DNA of 63,619 nucleotides, counting the filler. It is 5 parts of 5 records of this genome, joined end to end, with 100 filler letters (N's around TTAATTAATTAA, not from the genome) between each part and the next. Parts side by side here need not be neighbours in the genome. Positions count along the whole stretch, not along the records: positions 1 to 24,171 come from SRR31156797_825; 4 more parts are not named here. The stretch is one strand, 5' to 3'. A model generated the notes under the pieces. It saw only the letters and a program-made list of their open reading frames with translations. It ran no database searches and was not told where the DNA came from. Both the position numbers and the translations under genes were made by a program. Of this stretch, positions 1 through 9,661 are shown piece after piece. The first letter of the stretch is position 1. Each line of letters begins with the position of its first letter.

Positions 1-2
1 AA

Positions 3-1376
3 ATGAATAGTGTACTTATTGCAAATCGCGGCGAAGTTGCTGTGCGTATCATACGAACGTGCAAAAAACTTGGTCTTAACACAGTTGCAATCTTTTCAGA
101 AGCGGATAAAGGCAGCTATTATACTACTTTGGCGGATCATGCAGTTTGCATAGGTCCTGCTAAGGCTGAAAAATCATATTTGAATATTGATGCAATACTA
201 GCAGTTGCGAAGGTCTATGAGGTTTGTGCGATTCACCCGGGTATTGGATTCTTATCAGAGAGCTCAGCATTCCAGCGTGCATGTGAAAAAGAAGGGATTA
301 TTTTTATTGGACCTGACGGAAAGTCAATGGATTTATTAGGCGATAAAGCGAATGCAAGAAAGCTGATGATAGCAAATGATATACCAGTTCCTCCCGGTTC
401 AGATGGTGAGATTTCATCCTACACCAAGGCAAAGGAATTGGCAGATGCCATAGGATACCCAGTTATTATTAAAGCATCGTTCGGCGGCGGCGGTAACGGA
501 ATTCGAATAGTATATGATGAAGATAAATTTGAATCTGAGTATAAATTAGTTCAGCAGGAAGCAAAAGCAGCATTCGGCAGTGACAGTGTGTATATTGAAA
601 AATATCTGACCAATACCAGACATATTGAGGTGCAGATATTAGGTGATAATTGGGGAAACGTTATTCACTTTGGCACTAGAGAGTGCAGCATGCAAAGGAA
701 TAATCAAAAACTTGTTGAAGAAGCTCCAGCACCTTTTATCGGAGAAGAATTACGCACAAATATCCAAAAGACAGCAGTGAAAATCGCAAGATTAGTTGGC
801 TATAAGAATGCAGGAACAGTTGAATTCCTTTTGACAGAGGATGACCAGTTTTACTTTATGGAGATGAATACCAGAATTCAGGTAGAGCATCCAGTTACTG
901 AAGCAGTTTATGGGATTGATTTGATAAAGTGCCAGATACAAGTGGCACTAAATCACCAGTTTATATTAAACCAGCATCAGATAATCGCCGAAGGTCATGC
1001 TATTGAGTGCAGAATAAACGCAGAAAATCCACAAGAAAGATTTAAGCCATGCCCAGGAAAGATTAAGAAGATGATTATTCCTGGAGGATTTGGTGTACGA
1101 GTGGACAGCGGCTTTGCACAAGGAGATAAGATATCGCCATTTTATGACTCAATGATTTTGAAGGTAATATGCCATGGAGCAGACAGAGAGGAAGCCACAG
1201 CTTTGTCTCAAAATGCTTTGAGTGAGCTAAAAGTAGAAGGTATTTGTACAAATACCGACTTTGCAAAAGCAATTCTCTCCCATAATGATTTCCAAACGGG
1301 TAATACTAATACAAAGTGGATTGAAAGAACATTGTGTAAAGAATTGTTCGAAAGCGATAAAGTCTCACAGTACTAG
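3..1376 (+). CDS. accC: acetyl-CoA carboxylase, biotin carboxylase subunit
   Basis: VLIANRGEVAVR N-terminus, GGGGNG loop, RECSMQR and EMNTRIQVEHPVTE motifs; heads an acc/fab operon. Confidence 0.96.
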   Translation: MNSVLIANRGEVAVRIIRTCKKLGLNTVAIFSEADKGSYYTTLADHAVCIGPAKAEKSYLNIDAILAVAKVYEVCAIHPGIGFLSESSAFQRACEKEGIIFIGPDGKSMDLLGDKANARKLMIANDIPVPPGSDGEISSYTKAKELADAIGYPVIIKASFGGGGNGIRIVYDEDKFESEYKLVQQEAKAAFGSDSVYIEKYLTNTRHIEVQILGDNWGNVIHFGTRECSMQRNNQKLVEEAPAPFIGEELRTNIQKTAVKIARLVGYKNAGTVEFLLTEDDQFYFMEMNTRIQVEHPVTEAVYGIDLIKCQIQVALNHQFILNQHQIIAEGHAIECRINAENPQERFKPCPGKIKKMIIPGGFGVRVDSGFAQGDKISPFYDSMILKVICHGADREEATALSQNALSELKVEGICTNTDFAKAILSHNDFQTGNTNTKWIERTLCKELFESDKVSQY

Positions 1377-1385
1377 GAGAAACTA

Positions 1386-2201
1386 ATGGAACTTTTTAAT
1401 AAAAAAATAGCTAAATCTACTGGTATAAAGAAGATTAAAGCTGAATACATCAAATGTGAATGCGGCAGGGAGATATTAAGTGAACTAATCTATGCCAATC
1501 ATTCCACTTGTATATACTGCGGTTATTTATTCAGAGTATCAGCTCACAGGAGAATAAAAGATATTGCAGATCATGGTACTTACTCAGAAATGGATAAGGG
1601 TCAAAAGAGTACTGACGTATTGAATTTTCCTGAGTATAAGGGGAAATTGACTAAAGCAAGGAAGATATCAGGCATTAACGAAGCAGTAGTAATTGGAAAA
1701 TGCAAAATATCTGATATGCCAGTTGGTATTGCAGTCATGGACCCTAGCTTTATGATGGGCAGTATGGGCGAAATTGTTGGTAATAAAATCTGCAAAATTG
1801 CTGATGTCTGTCTAAAAAAGAAAATGCCTCTTATCATTTTTTGTGCATCAGGAGGTGCAAGAATGCAGGAGGGCATGGTTTCCCTTCTTCAGATGTCCAG
1901 AACAACCATAGCAATCAATAAGCTGAAAGATGCTGGAATACTATATGTCAGTATACTGACTAACCCTACAACGGGCGGTGTCACAGCTAGCTTTGCCATG
2001 CAGGGAGATATTATCTTGGCTGAACCAAGAGCTTTAATTGCTTTTGCAGGACCAAGAGTAATACAGCAGACTGTAAATGATGTTCTTCCAGAGGGGTTCC
2101 AGACCACAGAATATCTGATGGAAGCTGGCTTTATTGATATGATAGTCGCCAGAAAGGATATGAAAGATAGACTGACACAGATTCTATCTCTTCACAGGTG
2201 A
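1386..2201 (+). CDS. accD: acetyl-CoA carboxylase carboxyltransferase beta subunit
   Basis: N-terminal Cys zinc ribbon, FMMGSMG, SGGARMQEG, PTTGGVTASFA; AGGAG RBS. Confidence 0.95.
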   Translation: MELFNKKIAKSTGIKKIKAEYIKCECGREILSELIYANHSTCIYCGYLFRVSAHRRIKDIADHGTYSEMDKGQKSTDVLNFPEYKGKLTKARKISGINEAVVIGKCKISDMPVGIAVMDPSFMMGSMGEIVGNKICKIADVCLKKKMPLIIFCASGGARMQEGMVSLLQMSRTTIAINKLKDAGILYVSILTNPTTGGVTASFAMQGDIILAEPRALIAFAGPRVIQQTVNDVLPEGFQTTEYLMEAGFIDMIVARKDMKDRLTQILSLHR

Positions 2202-2204
2202 TTT

Positions 2205-3023
2205 ATGAGTAAAGCAATAAAAAAATCAAATAACGCCTGGGATTGTGTTCAAAATGCAAGAAAGCAATTCAGACCCCAGAGCAGAGATTATATAAAAAAT
2301 CTAACTAGTGATTTTTTTGAAGTAAAGGGAGACAGAATCGGAGGCGATGATGACGCAATAGTTACCGGTATTGGATTAATAGATTCTGTGACATTTACGA
2401 TAATAGGACAGCACAAAGGTCATACTCTGGAGGAAAGAAAAAAGTGTAATTTCGGTATGCCAAACCCTACAGGATATAGGAAATCAATGCGTGCAATTAA
2501 TCAGGCAGAGAAATTCAAACGACCTATTTTATGCCTGATTGATACCCCGGGAGCATTCTGTGGAATAGAAGCAGAGGAAAATGGTCAGGGTACGGTGATA
2601 GCTGAACATTTATCTATGATAGCATCTGTGAAATGCCCAGTAATTTCAATTGTAATTGGTGAAGGAGGCAGCGGTGGAGCAATAGCTCTGGCTACCGGCG
2701 ATAAGCTGATGGTTACAAAGAATTCATACTTCTCGGTTATTTCACCTGAAGGCTGTGCTTCTATATTGTTTAAAGACAGTTCAAAGGCTGAACTAGCAGC
2801 AAAATCATTAAATCTTACTCCTGATGATTTGCTTAAGCTGAGAATAGCTGACTTTAAAGTAGATGAAAAGGATGACTTCTCAATAGAGAATATGGACTAT
2901 ACAATTGGCATTATCAAAGAAAAGATAACAGAGTATCTCACTGAATTGAACGCATTTGATGGGGATACTTTGGTACAGAAGAGATACGAAAGAATACTGA
3001 ATTTGAAAGGATATAATACTTGA
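2205..3023 (+). CDS. accA: acetyl-CoA carboxylase carboxyltransferase alpha subunit
   Basis: NFGMPNPTGYRK, IDTPGA, GEGGSGGA, SVISPEGCASIL. Confidence 0.95.
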   Translation: MSKAIKKSNNAWDCVQNARKQFRPQSRDYIKNLTSDFFEVKGDRIGGDDDAIVTGIGLIDSVTFTIIGQHKGHTLEERKKCNFGMPNPTGYRKSMRAINQAEKFKRPILCLIDTPGAFCGIEAEENGQGTVIAEHLSMIASVKCPVISIVIGEGGSGGAIALATGDKLMVTKNSYFSVISPEGCASILFKDSSKAELAAKSLNLTPDDLLKLRIADFKVDEKDDFSIENMDYTIGIIKEKITEYLTELNAFDGDTLVQKRYERILNLKGYNT

Positions 3024-4012
3024 AGACAAACATCAATGAATTTTCAGCCAGAATTGCTGGAATCGGAAGCAAAGTACCTGAAAAGATAGTAACCAATGAC
3101 ATGCTGGCAGAGATTGTAGAAACCAGTGATGAATGGATAAAAAAAAGAACGGGTATCTCAGAGAGAAGAGTGGTTGTTGATGAAACATGTACATCTATGG
3201 CAGTTGATGCCGTAAATGAAGCTATTAACTCTGCAGATATTGATGCAAATGATATTGATTTAATTATTGGTACGACAATTACTGCGGACTATTTAACGCC
3301 GTCGATGGCGAGCCTTGTTCAAAGAGAAATCGGTTGCGAAAACGCAATTAGTTTTGATATCAGTGCAGGTTGTACAGCTTTTATATATGCAATATCAATA
3401 GCAGTATCAATGATGGAAAGCATGGGCTTAGAAACAGCTGTTGTGGTTTCATCAGAGACATTATCAACGAAAATAAATTGGCAGGACAGATCAACATGTG
3501 TGCTCTTTGGTGATGGTTCAGGAGCTGTAGTGATACAACGAAGTGATAAAAAATGCATAAAATATCCTTTGCTGAATGCAATACCTGACACTGATGATGT
3601 ACTCTATATGGCAAGCAAGTCAATGGATAATCCGTGGAGTGAAACACAATCACATGATGATATTGCTATATATATGAAAGGCACAAATGTATTTGAATTT
3701 GCTGTAGGTGCGATGGAAGAAGCTATTAAACAATTACAGGAATTAATGGGCGAAGACGAGATTCATAAGTTGATAACCCATCAAGCTAACAGCAGAATTA
3801 TTCGCTTTGCGGCCAGCAATACATATTATGATAAATCGCAGTTCTATGTAAATGTAGATAAGTACGCTAATACATCATCAGCAACTATTCCCATTGCGAT
3901 GTGTGAAGCATACAAGAGTAAATGGCTAAAAAAAGGTGATAATATAGCCCTAGTTGGATTTGGTGCAGGGCTTACCTATGGTGGGATTGTCGTAACTTGG
4001 GATATGGACTAA
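3020..4012 (+). CDS. fabH: beta-ketoacyl-ACP synthase III
   Basis: ETSDEWIKKRTGI, catalytic AGC, HQAN, NTSSA, GFGAG; TTG start overlapping accA stop. Confidence 0.94.
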   Translation: MKTNINEFSARIAGIGSKVPEKIVTNDMLAEIVETSDEWIKKRTGISERRVVVDETCTSMAVDAVNEAINSADIDANDIDLIIGTTITADYLTPSMASLVQREIGCENAISFDISAGCTAFIYAISIAVSMMESMGLETAVVVSSETLSTKINWQDRSTCVLFGDGSGAVVIQRSDKKCIKYPLLNAIPDTDDVLYMASKSMDNPWSETQSHDDIAIYMKGTNVFEFAVGAMEEAIKQLQELMGEDEIHKLITHQANSRIIRFAASNTYYDKSQFYVNVDKYANTSSATIPIAMCEAYKSKWLKKGDNIALVGFGAGLTYGGIVVTWDMD

Positions 4013-4063
4013 ACGTAATTAAGCTTTATGCTTGATATAAAAATCAATAAACAGGAGATAAAA

Positions 4064-4282
4064 ATGAAAGAAAAAATAATAGAAATCCTAATGGAACAAT
4101 TGGACTTGGACAGAAATGAAATTGTAGAGAGTGCAAGCTTTGTAGATGATTTCGAAATGGACTCACTTGATATGATGGAATTGGTAATTGAACTGGAAAA
4201 ATCAACAGGAATTAAGGTTGACAATGACAAGCTTGTTGATATAAAAACTGTTGGTGATCTATATAATTACGTTGGAGAATAA
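4064..4282 (+). CDS. acpP: acyl carrier protein
   Basis: MDSLD phosphopantetheine site; start moved to ATG 4064 after AGGAG RBS. Confidence 0.93.
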   Translation: MKEKIIEILMEQLDLDRNEIVESASFVDDFEMDSLDMMELVIELEKSTGIKVDNDKLVDIKTVGDLYNYVGE

Positions 4283-4286
4283 TGTA

Positions 4287-5222
4287 ATGAATACTCGTAT
4301 CACTGAACTTTTTGGTATAGAGTATCCCATAGTGCAGGGCGGCATGGCTTGGGTATCTGATGCCCATCTAGCCGCTGCTGTATCTGAGGCAGGGGGACTT
4401 GGAGTAATCGCTGCAGGCAATGCACCTGCATCTTGGGTTAAGGAGCAGATTGATATACTTAGAATCAAGACTAATAAGCCTTTTGGTGTAAATATTATGC
4501 TTTTAAGTCCATTTAAAGATGAGGTTGCACATCTTCTGGCTGAGGAAAAGGTACCTGTGATATTTACTGGTGCAGGTAATCCAGAAGAATATATCAGTAT
4601 ATGGAAAGACAGCGGAGCAAAAATTGTACCAGTTGTGGCAAGCAGTGCATTGGCTATTATGATGCAGGCAATGGAGGTTGACGCAGTAGTTGCAGAGGGC
4701 AGCGAAGCAGGAGGACATATAGGTGAACTGACCACCATGGTACTGACACCTAATATTGTAAACAGTGTAGATATCCCAGTTATTTCAGCAGGAGGTATAT
4801 GGGACAGTAAGTCAGCAATAGCAGCATTTGTACTTGGTGCTGACGGTATTCAGGTAGGAACTAGATTTGTGCTGGCGGAAGAATGTACAGCACATGATGA
4901 ATATAAGAACAAGATAATCAAAGCAAAAGACGTAGACACAAAAGTAACAGGCAGAGTGACAGGACATCCCGTAAGGTCTATTAGAAACCCACTTGTACGA
5001 AAGATGCTAAAAGCGGAATATAGTGAAAATGGTGCAGAAATCATAGAGGAACTGGGAGCAGGTTCATTGCGCAAGGCAGTAGTAGAAGGCAACGTAAAGG
5101 AAGGGACATTTATGGCAGGTCAGGTAGGCTGTATGCTTACAAATGTTGAAACTGCAAAGGAGATTATCGATGATATATTTGATAATGAAAAGATTAATGA
5201 AATTGTCAAGAATATTTCTTAG
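4287..5222 (+). CDS. fabK: enoyl-ACP reductase II (FMN-dependent)
   Basis: IEYPIVQGGMAWV, EAGGHIG, QVGTRF; position in fab operon; start ATG 4287 after GGAG. Confidence 0.92.
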   Translation: MNTRITELFGIEYPIVQGGMAWVSDAHLAAAVSEAGGLGVIAAGNAPASWVKEQIDILRIKTNKPFGVNIMLLSPFKDEVAHLLAEEKVPVIFTGAGNPEEYISIWKDSGAKIVPVVASSALAIMMQAMEVDAVVAEGSEAGGHIGELTTMVLTPNIVNSVDIPVISAGGIWDSKSAIAAFVLGADGIQVGTRFVLAEECTAHDEYKNKIIKAKDVDTKVTGRVTGHPVRSIRNPLVRKMLKAEYSENGAEIIEELGAGSLRKAVVEGNVKEGTFMAGQVGCMLTNVETAKEIIDDIFDNEKINEIVKNIS

Positions 5223-5231
5223 GGGAAAAGT

Positions 5232-6137
5232 ATGAAAAGAGCAATAATATTCCCAGGTCAAGGTGCACAGAGTGCTGGCATGGGACAGGACATGTATGAA
5301 AACAATGTAGTATACCGTGCAGTTTTTAATGATTTAGACGGCAGTATTGGTTTTTCGCTGAAGAAAGCCTGCTTTGAGGGATGTAAGGAATCAGAATTTG
5401 TACAGCCAGCTATCCTTGCACATAGTATTTGTTTACTTAGGGCTATGAATATTAAGTCAGATATTTATGCAGGATTATCTTTGGGAGAATATACTGCTTT
5501 GGTCGCAGGAGGAGTCATTAATGAAGACGAGTGCATTTCTCTGGTGAATAAACGTGGAGCTATTATGGACTCTGCTGTAGAGACAGGAACATGCTCAATG
5601 GTGTCTGCACTAGGTCTTACAATTAAAGAGTGCGAAAAAATAGCAGATATACATAGGCAGCTCTATATAGCAAATCATATTAGCGAAAAGCAGATAGTAT
5701 TTGCAGGCACTAATGGTGCAATTGATATAGCAATAGAATTAATCGAGAATCAAGGGGCTAAAGCAATCAGACTGAACACAGCAGGACCATATCACAGCCC
5801 AATGCTGAATTCAGCGGCAGAAGAATTTAGGATTTTATTTGATAAGGTAAAACTTAACTCTAAAAAAGCAATTATTTATTCAAATTATACTGGTTTACCT
5901 TATGAAGATAATTCTAACTATTCCTCATTGCTTGCTAATCAAATGTCAGGCAGAGTACGATGGTACGATATTTGTGAGCATATGATTTCTGACGGCGTAA
6001 CACAGATTATTGAAGTTGGACCAGGAATGGTACTATCTAAAGTTCTGAAAAGACGAACTAAAGGGATGGATATAGATATTGTATCCGTTCGAGACTTAAA
6101 GACATTTACTAAATTCATGTCTGCAAAAGGAGTTTAA
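5232..6137 (+). CDS. fabD: malonyl-CoA:ACP transacylase
   Basis: FPGQGAQ, GLSLGEY active-site motif, GPYHS, EVGPG. Confidence 0.93.
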   Translation: MKRAIIFPGQGAQSAGMGQDMYENNVVYRAVFNDLDGSIGFSLKKACFEGCKESEFVQPAILAHSICLLRAMNIKSDIYAGLSLGEYTALVAGGVINEDECISLVNKRGAIMDSAVETGTCSMVSALGLTIKECEKIADIHRQLYIANHISEKQIVFAGTNGAIDIAIELIENQGAKAIRLNTAGPYHSPMLNSAAEEFRILFDKVKLNSKKAIIYSNYTGLPYEDNSNYSSLLANQMSGRVRWYDICEHMISDGVTQIIEVGPGMVLSKVLKRRTKGMDIDIVSVRDLKTFTKFMSAKGV

Positions 6138-6138
6138 A

Positions 6139-6870
6139 ATGGAAAGAAGCGCACTAGTTACAGGAGCTTCTGGAGGTATTGGCAGAGCTATTGCTATAGA
6201 TATGGCAAAAGCAGGATACAACATCGGTGTTCACTATAGGTCAAACGAAATTTCGGCAAAAGAGATTTCAAAAGAAATTGAAAGCTATGGTGTAAAAGCA
6301 ATATTACTGAAAGCAGATTTATCTGATTCGGAGCAATGCAAGGATATTGTTGACCAATGCAGTCAATTAGGTCAGCTGTATGTTCTGGTTAATAATGCAG
6401 GTATAACTAGGGATGGACTTATTATGGCTATGAAGGATGAAAACTTCAAGAATGTAATTGATGCTAATCTGACATCATGCTTTAATATGACGAAGTTTGT
6501 GCTGCCAATAATGCTAAAGAAAAAAGCAGGCAGGATAATAAATATATCCTCTGTAATTGGGGTTACAGGCAATGCCGGTCAAGCAAATTATGCTGCCTCT
6601 AAGGCAGGTATGATAGGATTTTCCAAATCCTGTGCCAAGGAAGTGGCAAAGCGTGGTATCTGCGTAAATGTAGTAGCTCCGGGATATATTCAAACGCCTA
6701 TGACAGACGTATTGTCAGATAATATTAAGAAAGACATCACAGCTAAAATTCCTCTCAAAAGATTAGGCAGTCCTAGTGATGTAGCTGGTGTTGTGAGCTT
6801 CCTAGCAAGTGACAGTGCAAGCTACATTACAGGACAAGTCCTATGTGTAGATGGAGGAATGGTTATTTGA
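6139..6870 (+). CDS. fabG: 3-oxoacyl-ACP reductase
   Basis: TGASGGIG, NNAGITRD, YAASK SDR motifs. Confidence 0.95.
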   Translation: MERSALVTGASGGIGRAIAIDMAKAGYNIGVHYRSNEISAKEISKEIESYGVKAILLKADLSDSEQCKDIVDQCSQLGQLYVLVNNAGITRDGLIMAMKDENFKNVIDANLTSCFNMTKFVLPIMLKKKAGRIINISSVIGVTGNAGQANYAASKAGMIGFSKSCAKEVAKRGICVNVVAPGYIQTPMTDVLSDNIKKDITAKIPLKRLGSPSDVAGVVSFLASDSASYITGQVLCVDGGMVI

Positions 6871-6907
6871 TAAATTATTTAAAATTATGTACTAAAGGAG
6901 GTAAGGA

Positions 6908-8137
6908 ATGAGTGAAAAAGTAGTTATTACTGGTATGGGTGGAATCTGCTCACTAGGTTCTAGTGCAGAGGAAATCTTCGAAAATGCCAAAAAAGGCTTT
7001 TGTGGTATCAGCGAAATAACAGTTTTTGATAATAGTATAGTACCTGAAGTGAAATTCGCCAGTCAGGTTAAGGAATTTGACCCTTCAAAATACATTAAAA
7101 AAAGAGAAATGCGAAGACTGGATAGATTTACCCAATTTGCTATCTATGCAGGGATGCAGGCTTTTGAAGATAGTGGACTGGATGATTTTGATTCATACAG
7201 GGTAGGTGTAATACTTGGAAGCGGTATGGGAGGATTGTCTTCTATCTGCGAAAGCCAAGATTTGCTTAAGGATAAGGGAGCTAGTACGGTTTCTCCTCTA
7301 TTTATTCCAAAAGCAATAATTAATATTGCTCCGGGAGCTTTAGCAATCAGACTGGGACTTCACGGACCTTGTTTTGGTGTTGTAACCGCATGCTCTTCAG
7401 GAACTGATGCAATAGGGCAGGCATACAGGCTGGTTAAAGATGGTACAGTTGATGCAGTATTAGTTGGAGGCAGTGAAGCAGTTATTAATGGTCTGGGAGT
7501 TGGAGGCTTTAATCAAATGTCTGCTTTATCAAATGCTGATTCTGTGGATAGAGCTTCTATTCCGTTTGATAAAGAGCGTGGCGGATTTGTAATGGGTGAG
7601 GGTGCTGGATTCGTTGTTATAGAAGGGCTTACTCATGCACAAAAAAGAAATGCAAAAATCTATGGTGAGATTGCAGGCTATGGTCAGACATGTGATGCAA
7701 ATCATATCACTGCACCAATGGAAGGCGGCATACATGCAGCAAAAGCAATGGAATTTGCAATTGAACAAGCTGGTATTAATAAGAATCAAGTAGGTTATGT
7801 AAATGCTCATGGTACGGGAACAAAGTTAAATGATAGTACTGAAACAATGGCAATAAAGAATTGTTTTAGAGCCCATAGTGAAGATATGCTGGTAAGTTCT
7901 ACAAAGTCTATGACAGGACATCTTTTGGGTGCTTCTGGTGCTATTGAGATGATATTAACAACAAAATCACTACAGGAAGGTATAGCATTACCAACTATAA
8001 ACTTACAGAAGGCTGACCCTGAGTGTGATTTAGATTATGTTGCTAATAAAGCGAAAAACATAGATACAGAGTACGCTATATCCAATTCTCTTGGTTTTGG
8101 CGGACACAACGGCTCATTGCTGATTAAAAAGTGGTAG
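6908..8137 (+). CDS. fabF: beta-ketoacyl-ACP synthase II
   Basis: TACSSG, NAHGTGT, KSMTGHLLGA, SNSLGFGGHN. Confidence 0.95.
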   Translation: MSEKVVITGMGGICSLGSSAEEIFENAKKGFCGISEITVFDNSIVPEVKFASQVKEFDPSKYIKKREMRRLDRFTQFAIYAGMQAFEDSGLDDFDSYRVGVILGSGMGGLSSICESQDLLKDKGASTVSPLFIPKAIINIAPGALAIRLGLHGPCFGVVTACSSGTDAIGQAYRLVKDGTVDAVLVGGSEAVINGLGVGGFNQMSALSNADSVDRASIPFDKERGGFVMGEGAGFVVIEGLTHAQKRNAKIYGEIAGYGQTCDANHITAPMEGGIHAAKAMEFAIEQAGINKNQVGYVNAHGTGTKLNDSTETMAIKNCFRAHSEDMLVSSTKSMTGHLLGASGAIEMILTTKSLQEGIALPTINLQKADPECDLDYVANKAKNIDTEYAISNSLGFGGHNGSLLIKKW

Positions 8138-8146
8138 GAGAAATTT

Positions 8147-8578
8147 ATGTATTCTGTAGAAGAAATTAAAAAAATATTACCCCACAGAGAACCATTTTTG
8201 ATGATTGATAAAGTGGTTGAAGTTGATGAAAACTATTGTGTTGCTCAAAAAGCAGCAGGTGCAAATGAATGGTATTTCCAAGGTCATTTTGAGAACAGGA
8301 AAGTTATGCCGGGAGTATTGCAGCTAGAGGCTATTGCACAGGCAGGAGCATTTATCATATTAAGAAGAGACAATATGAAAGGCAAAATTGGTTACCTAGC
8401 AAGAATCAAATCTGCAAAATTTTCAAAAATGGTAGTTCCGGGAGATATTCTTACTATTGAAACCAAAATAGTTGATATGCGAAACAATATCGGCACAGGT
8501 AAGGGGACAGTCAGAGTCAATGGTGACTTGGTCTGTAAGGCGGAGATTGTCTTTGTAATAGGCAATGAAATAACTTAA
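8147..8578 (+). CDS. fabZ: 3-hydroxyacyl-ACP dehydratase
   Basis: LPHREPFLMID, FQGHF..MPGVLQLEAIAQ hotdog motifs. Confidence 0.94.
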   Translation: MYSVEEIKKILPHREPFLMIDKVVEVDENYCVAQKAAGANEWYFQGHFENRKVMPGVLQLEAIAQAGAFIILRRDNMKGKIGYLARIKSAKFSKMVVPGDILTIETKIVDMRNNIGTGKGTVRVNGDLVCKAEIVFVIGNEIT

Positions 8579-8605
8579 ATTAGTATCATTTCTTATCTTT
8601 CTCAT

Positions 8606-8692
8606 ATACAAATGTCACATGAAAATGTGACATTTGTCATTTTACTTTTATTACATTTAACACTTAAATCATATCCTTAAAAATACTATAAT
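8606..8692 (+). promoter_or_regulatory. phased TGACA-N2-TGTCA-type operator array and TATAAT -10 box upstream of the ABC operon
   Basis: ATACAaaTGTCA 8606-8617, TGACAttTGTCA 8628-8639, TTACAttTAACA 8651-8662; TATAAT 8687-8692 with no good -35. Confidence 0.65.
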
Positions 8693-8723
8693 GAAATTAT
8701 AAAAATATCGGGAGAGTAATTAT

Positions 8724-9653
8724 ATGGTATTGGTAAAAACGACTAATCTGGTAAAAAGATATGAAGAAGTTCTGGCACTGGATAATGTATGCTTTGACAT
8801 TAATGAAGGAGACATTGTTGGGCTGTTGGGTCCTAATGGTGCTGGTAAATCAACTCTTATTTCATGTTTGACTTCAATTCTGCCTTATGACAGCGGAGAA
8901 GTGAGCATTTTTGGCAAAAAGATGAAAACAAATGCTTATGATATTAAGAAAGACATTGGTATTGTACCACAGGAATTATCATTCTATCCTAATTTATCTG
9001 CTTATAAGAATGTGGCTTTTTTTGCTTCTTTATATGGCTATAAAGGAGAGCAGCTAAAGAGCAATGTAAAAAGAGCACTGGAATTTGTAGGACTATGGGA
9101 TAAACGAAACCAAAAAGCAAAGCAGTATTCAGGAGGGATGAAGAGAAGGCTGAATATTGCGATTGCCATTGTTCATGAGCCAAAGCTGATTATAATGGAT
9201 GAACCGACAGTAGGCATAGATCCACAGTCAAGAACTCATATTTTAGATTCTATCAGTGCATTAAACCAAGAAGGTGCAACTATTATTTATACTTCTCATT
9301 ATATGGAGGAAGTGGAGAGGGTTTGTAATCACATTCATGTAATGGATAAGGGAAGGATAATTGCAAGTGGTACAAAAGATGAACTAAAGAATCAAGTATC
9401 AAAAGAAAAGACATTGGAACTTGTTGTTGAAAATATATCATTCACTTTGAGTGAAGGTATCAAATCCCTGCCAAGTGTTAATGAGGTTTTTGTTGACGGC
9501 AGGCGAATGATGATTATTACTAAAGAAAAGAGCGTTGAACCAATACTTGACTGTGTGAAAAGAAATGAAGGAATCATTGAGTCATTTACAATGAAGCAGT
9601 GTACTCTAGAGGATGTTTTTTTCTCCTTAACCGGCAGGACATTAAGGGATTAG
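8724..9653 (+). CDS. ABC-2 type exporter ATP-binding protein (LnrL/YfiL-like)
   Basis: GPNGAGKST, YSGGMKRR, MDEPTVGIDPQSR. Confidence 0.93.
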   Translation: MVLVKTTNLVKRYEEVLALDNVCFDINEGDIVGLLGPNGAGKSTLISCLTSILPYDSGEVSIFGKKMKTNAYDIKKDIGIVPQELSFYPNLSAYKNVAFFASLYGYKGEQLKSNVKRALEFVGLWDKRNQKAKQYSGGMKRRLNIAIAIVHEPKLIIMDEPTVGIDPQSRTHILDSISALNQEGATIIYTSHYMEEVERVCNHIHVMDKGRIIASGTKDELKNQVSKEKTLELVVENISFTLSEGIKSLPSVNEVFVDGRRMMIITKEKSVEPILDCVKRNEGIIESFTMKQCTLEDVFFSLTGRTLRD

Positions 9654-9661
9654 GAGGAAAT

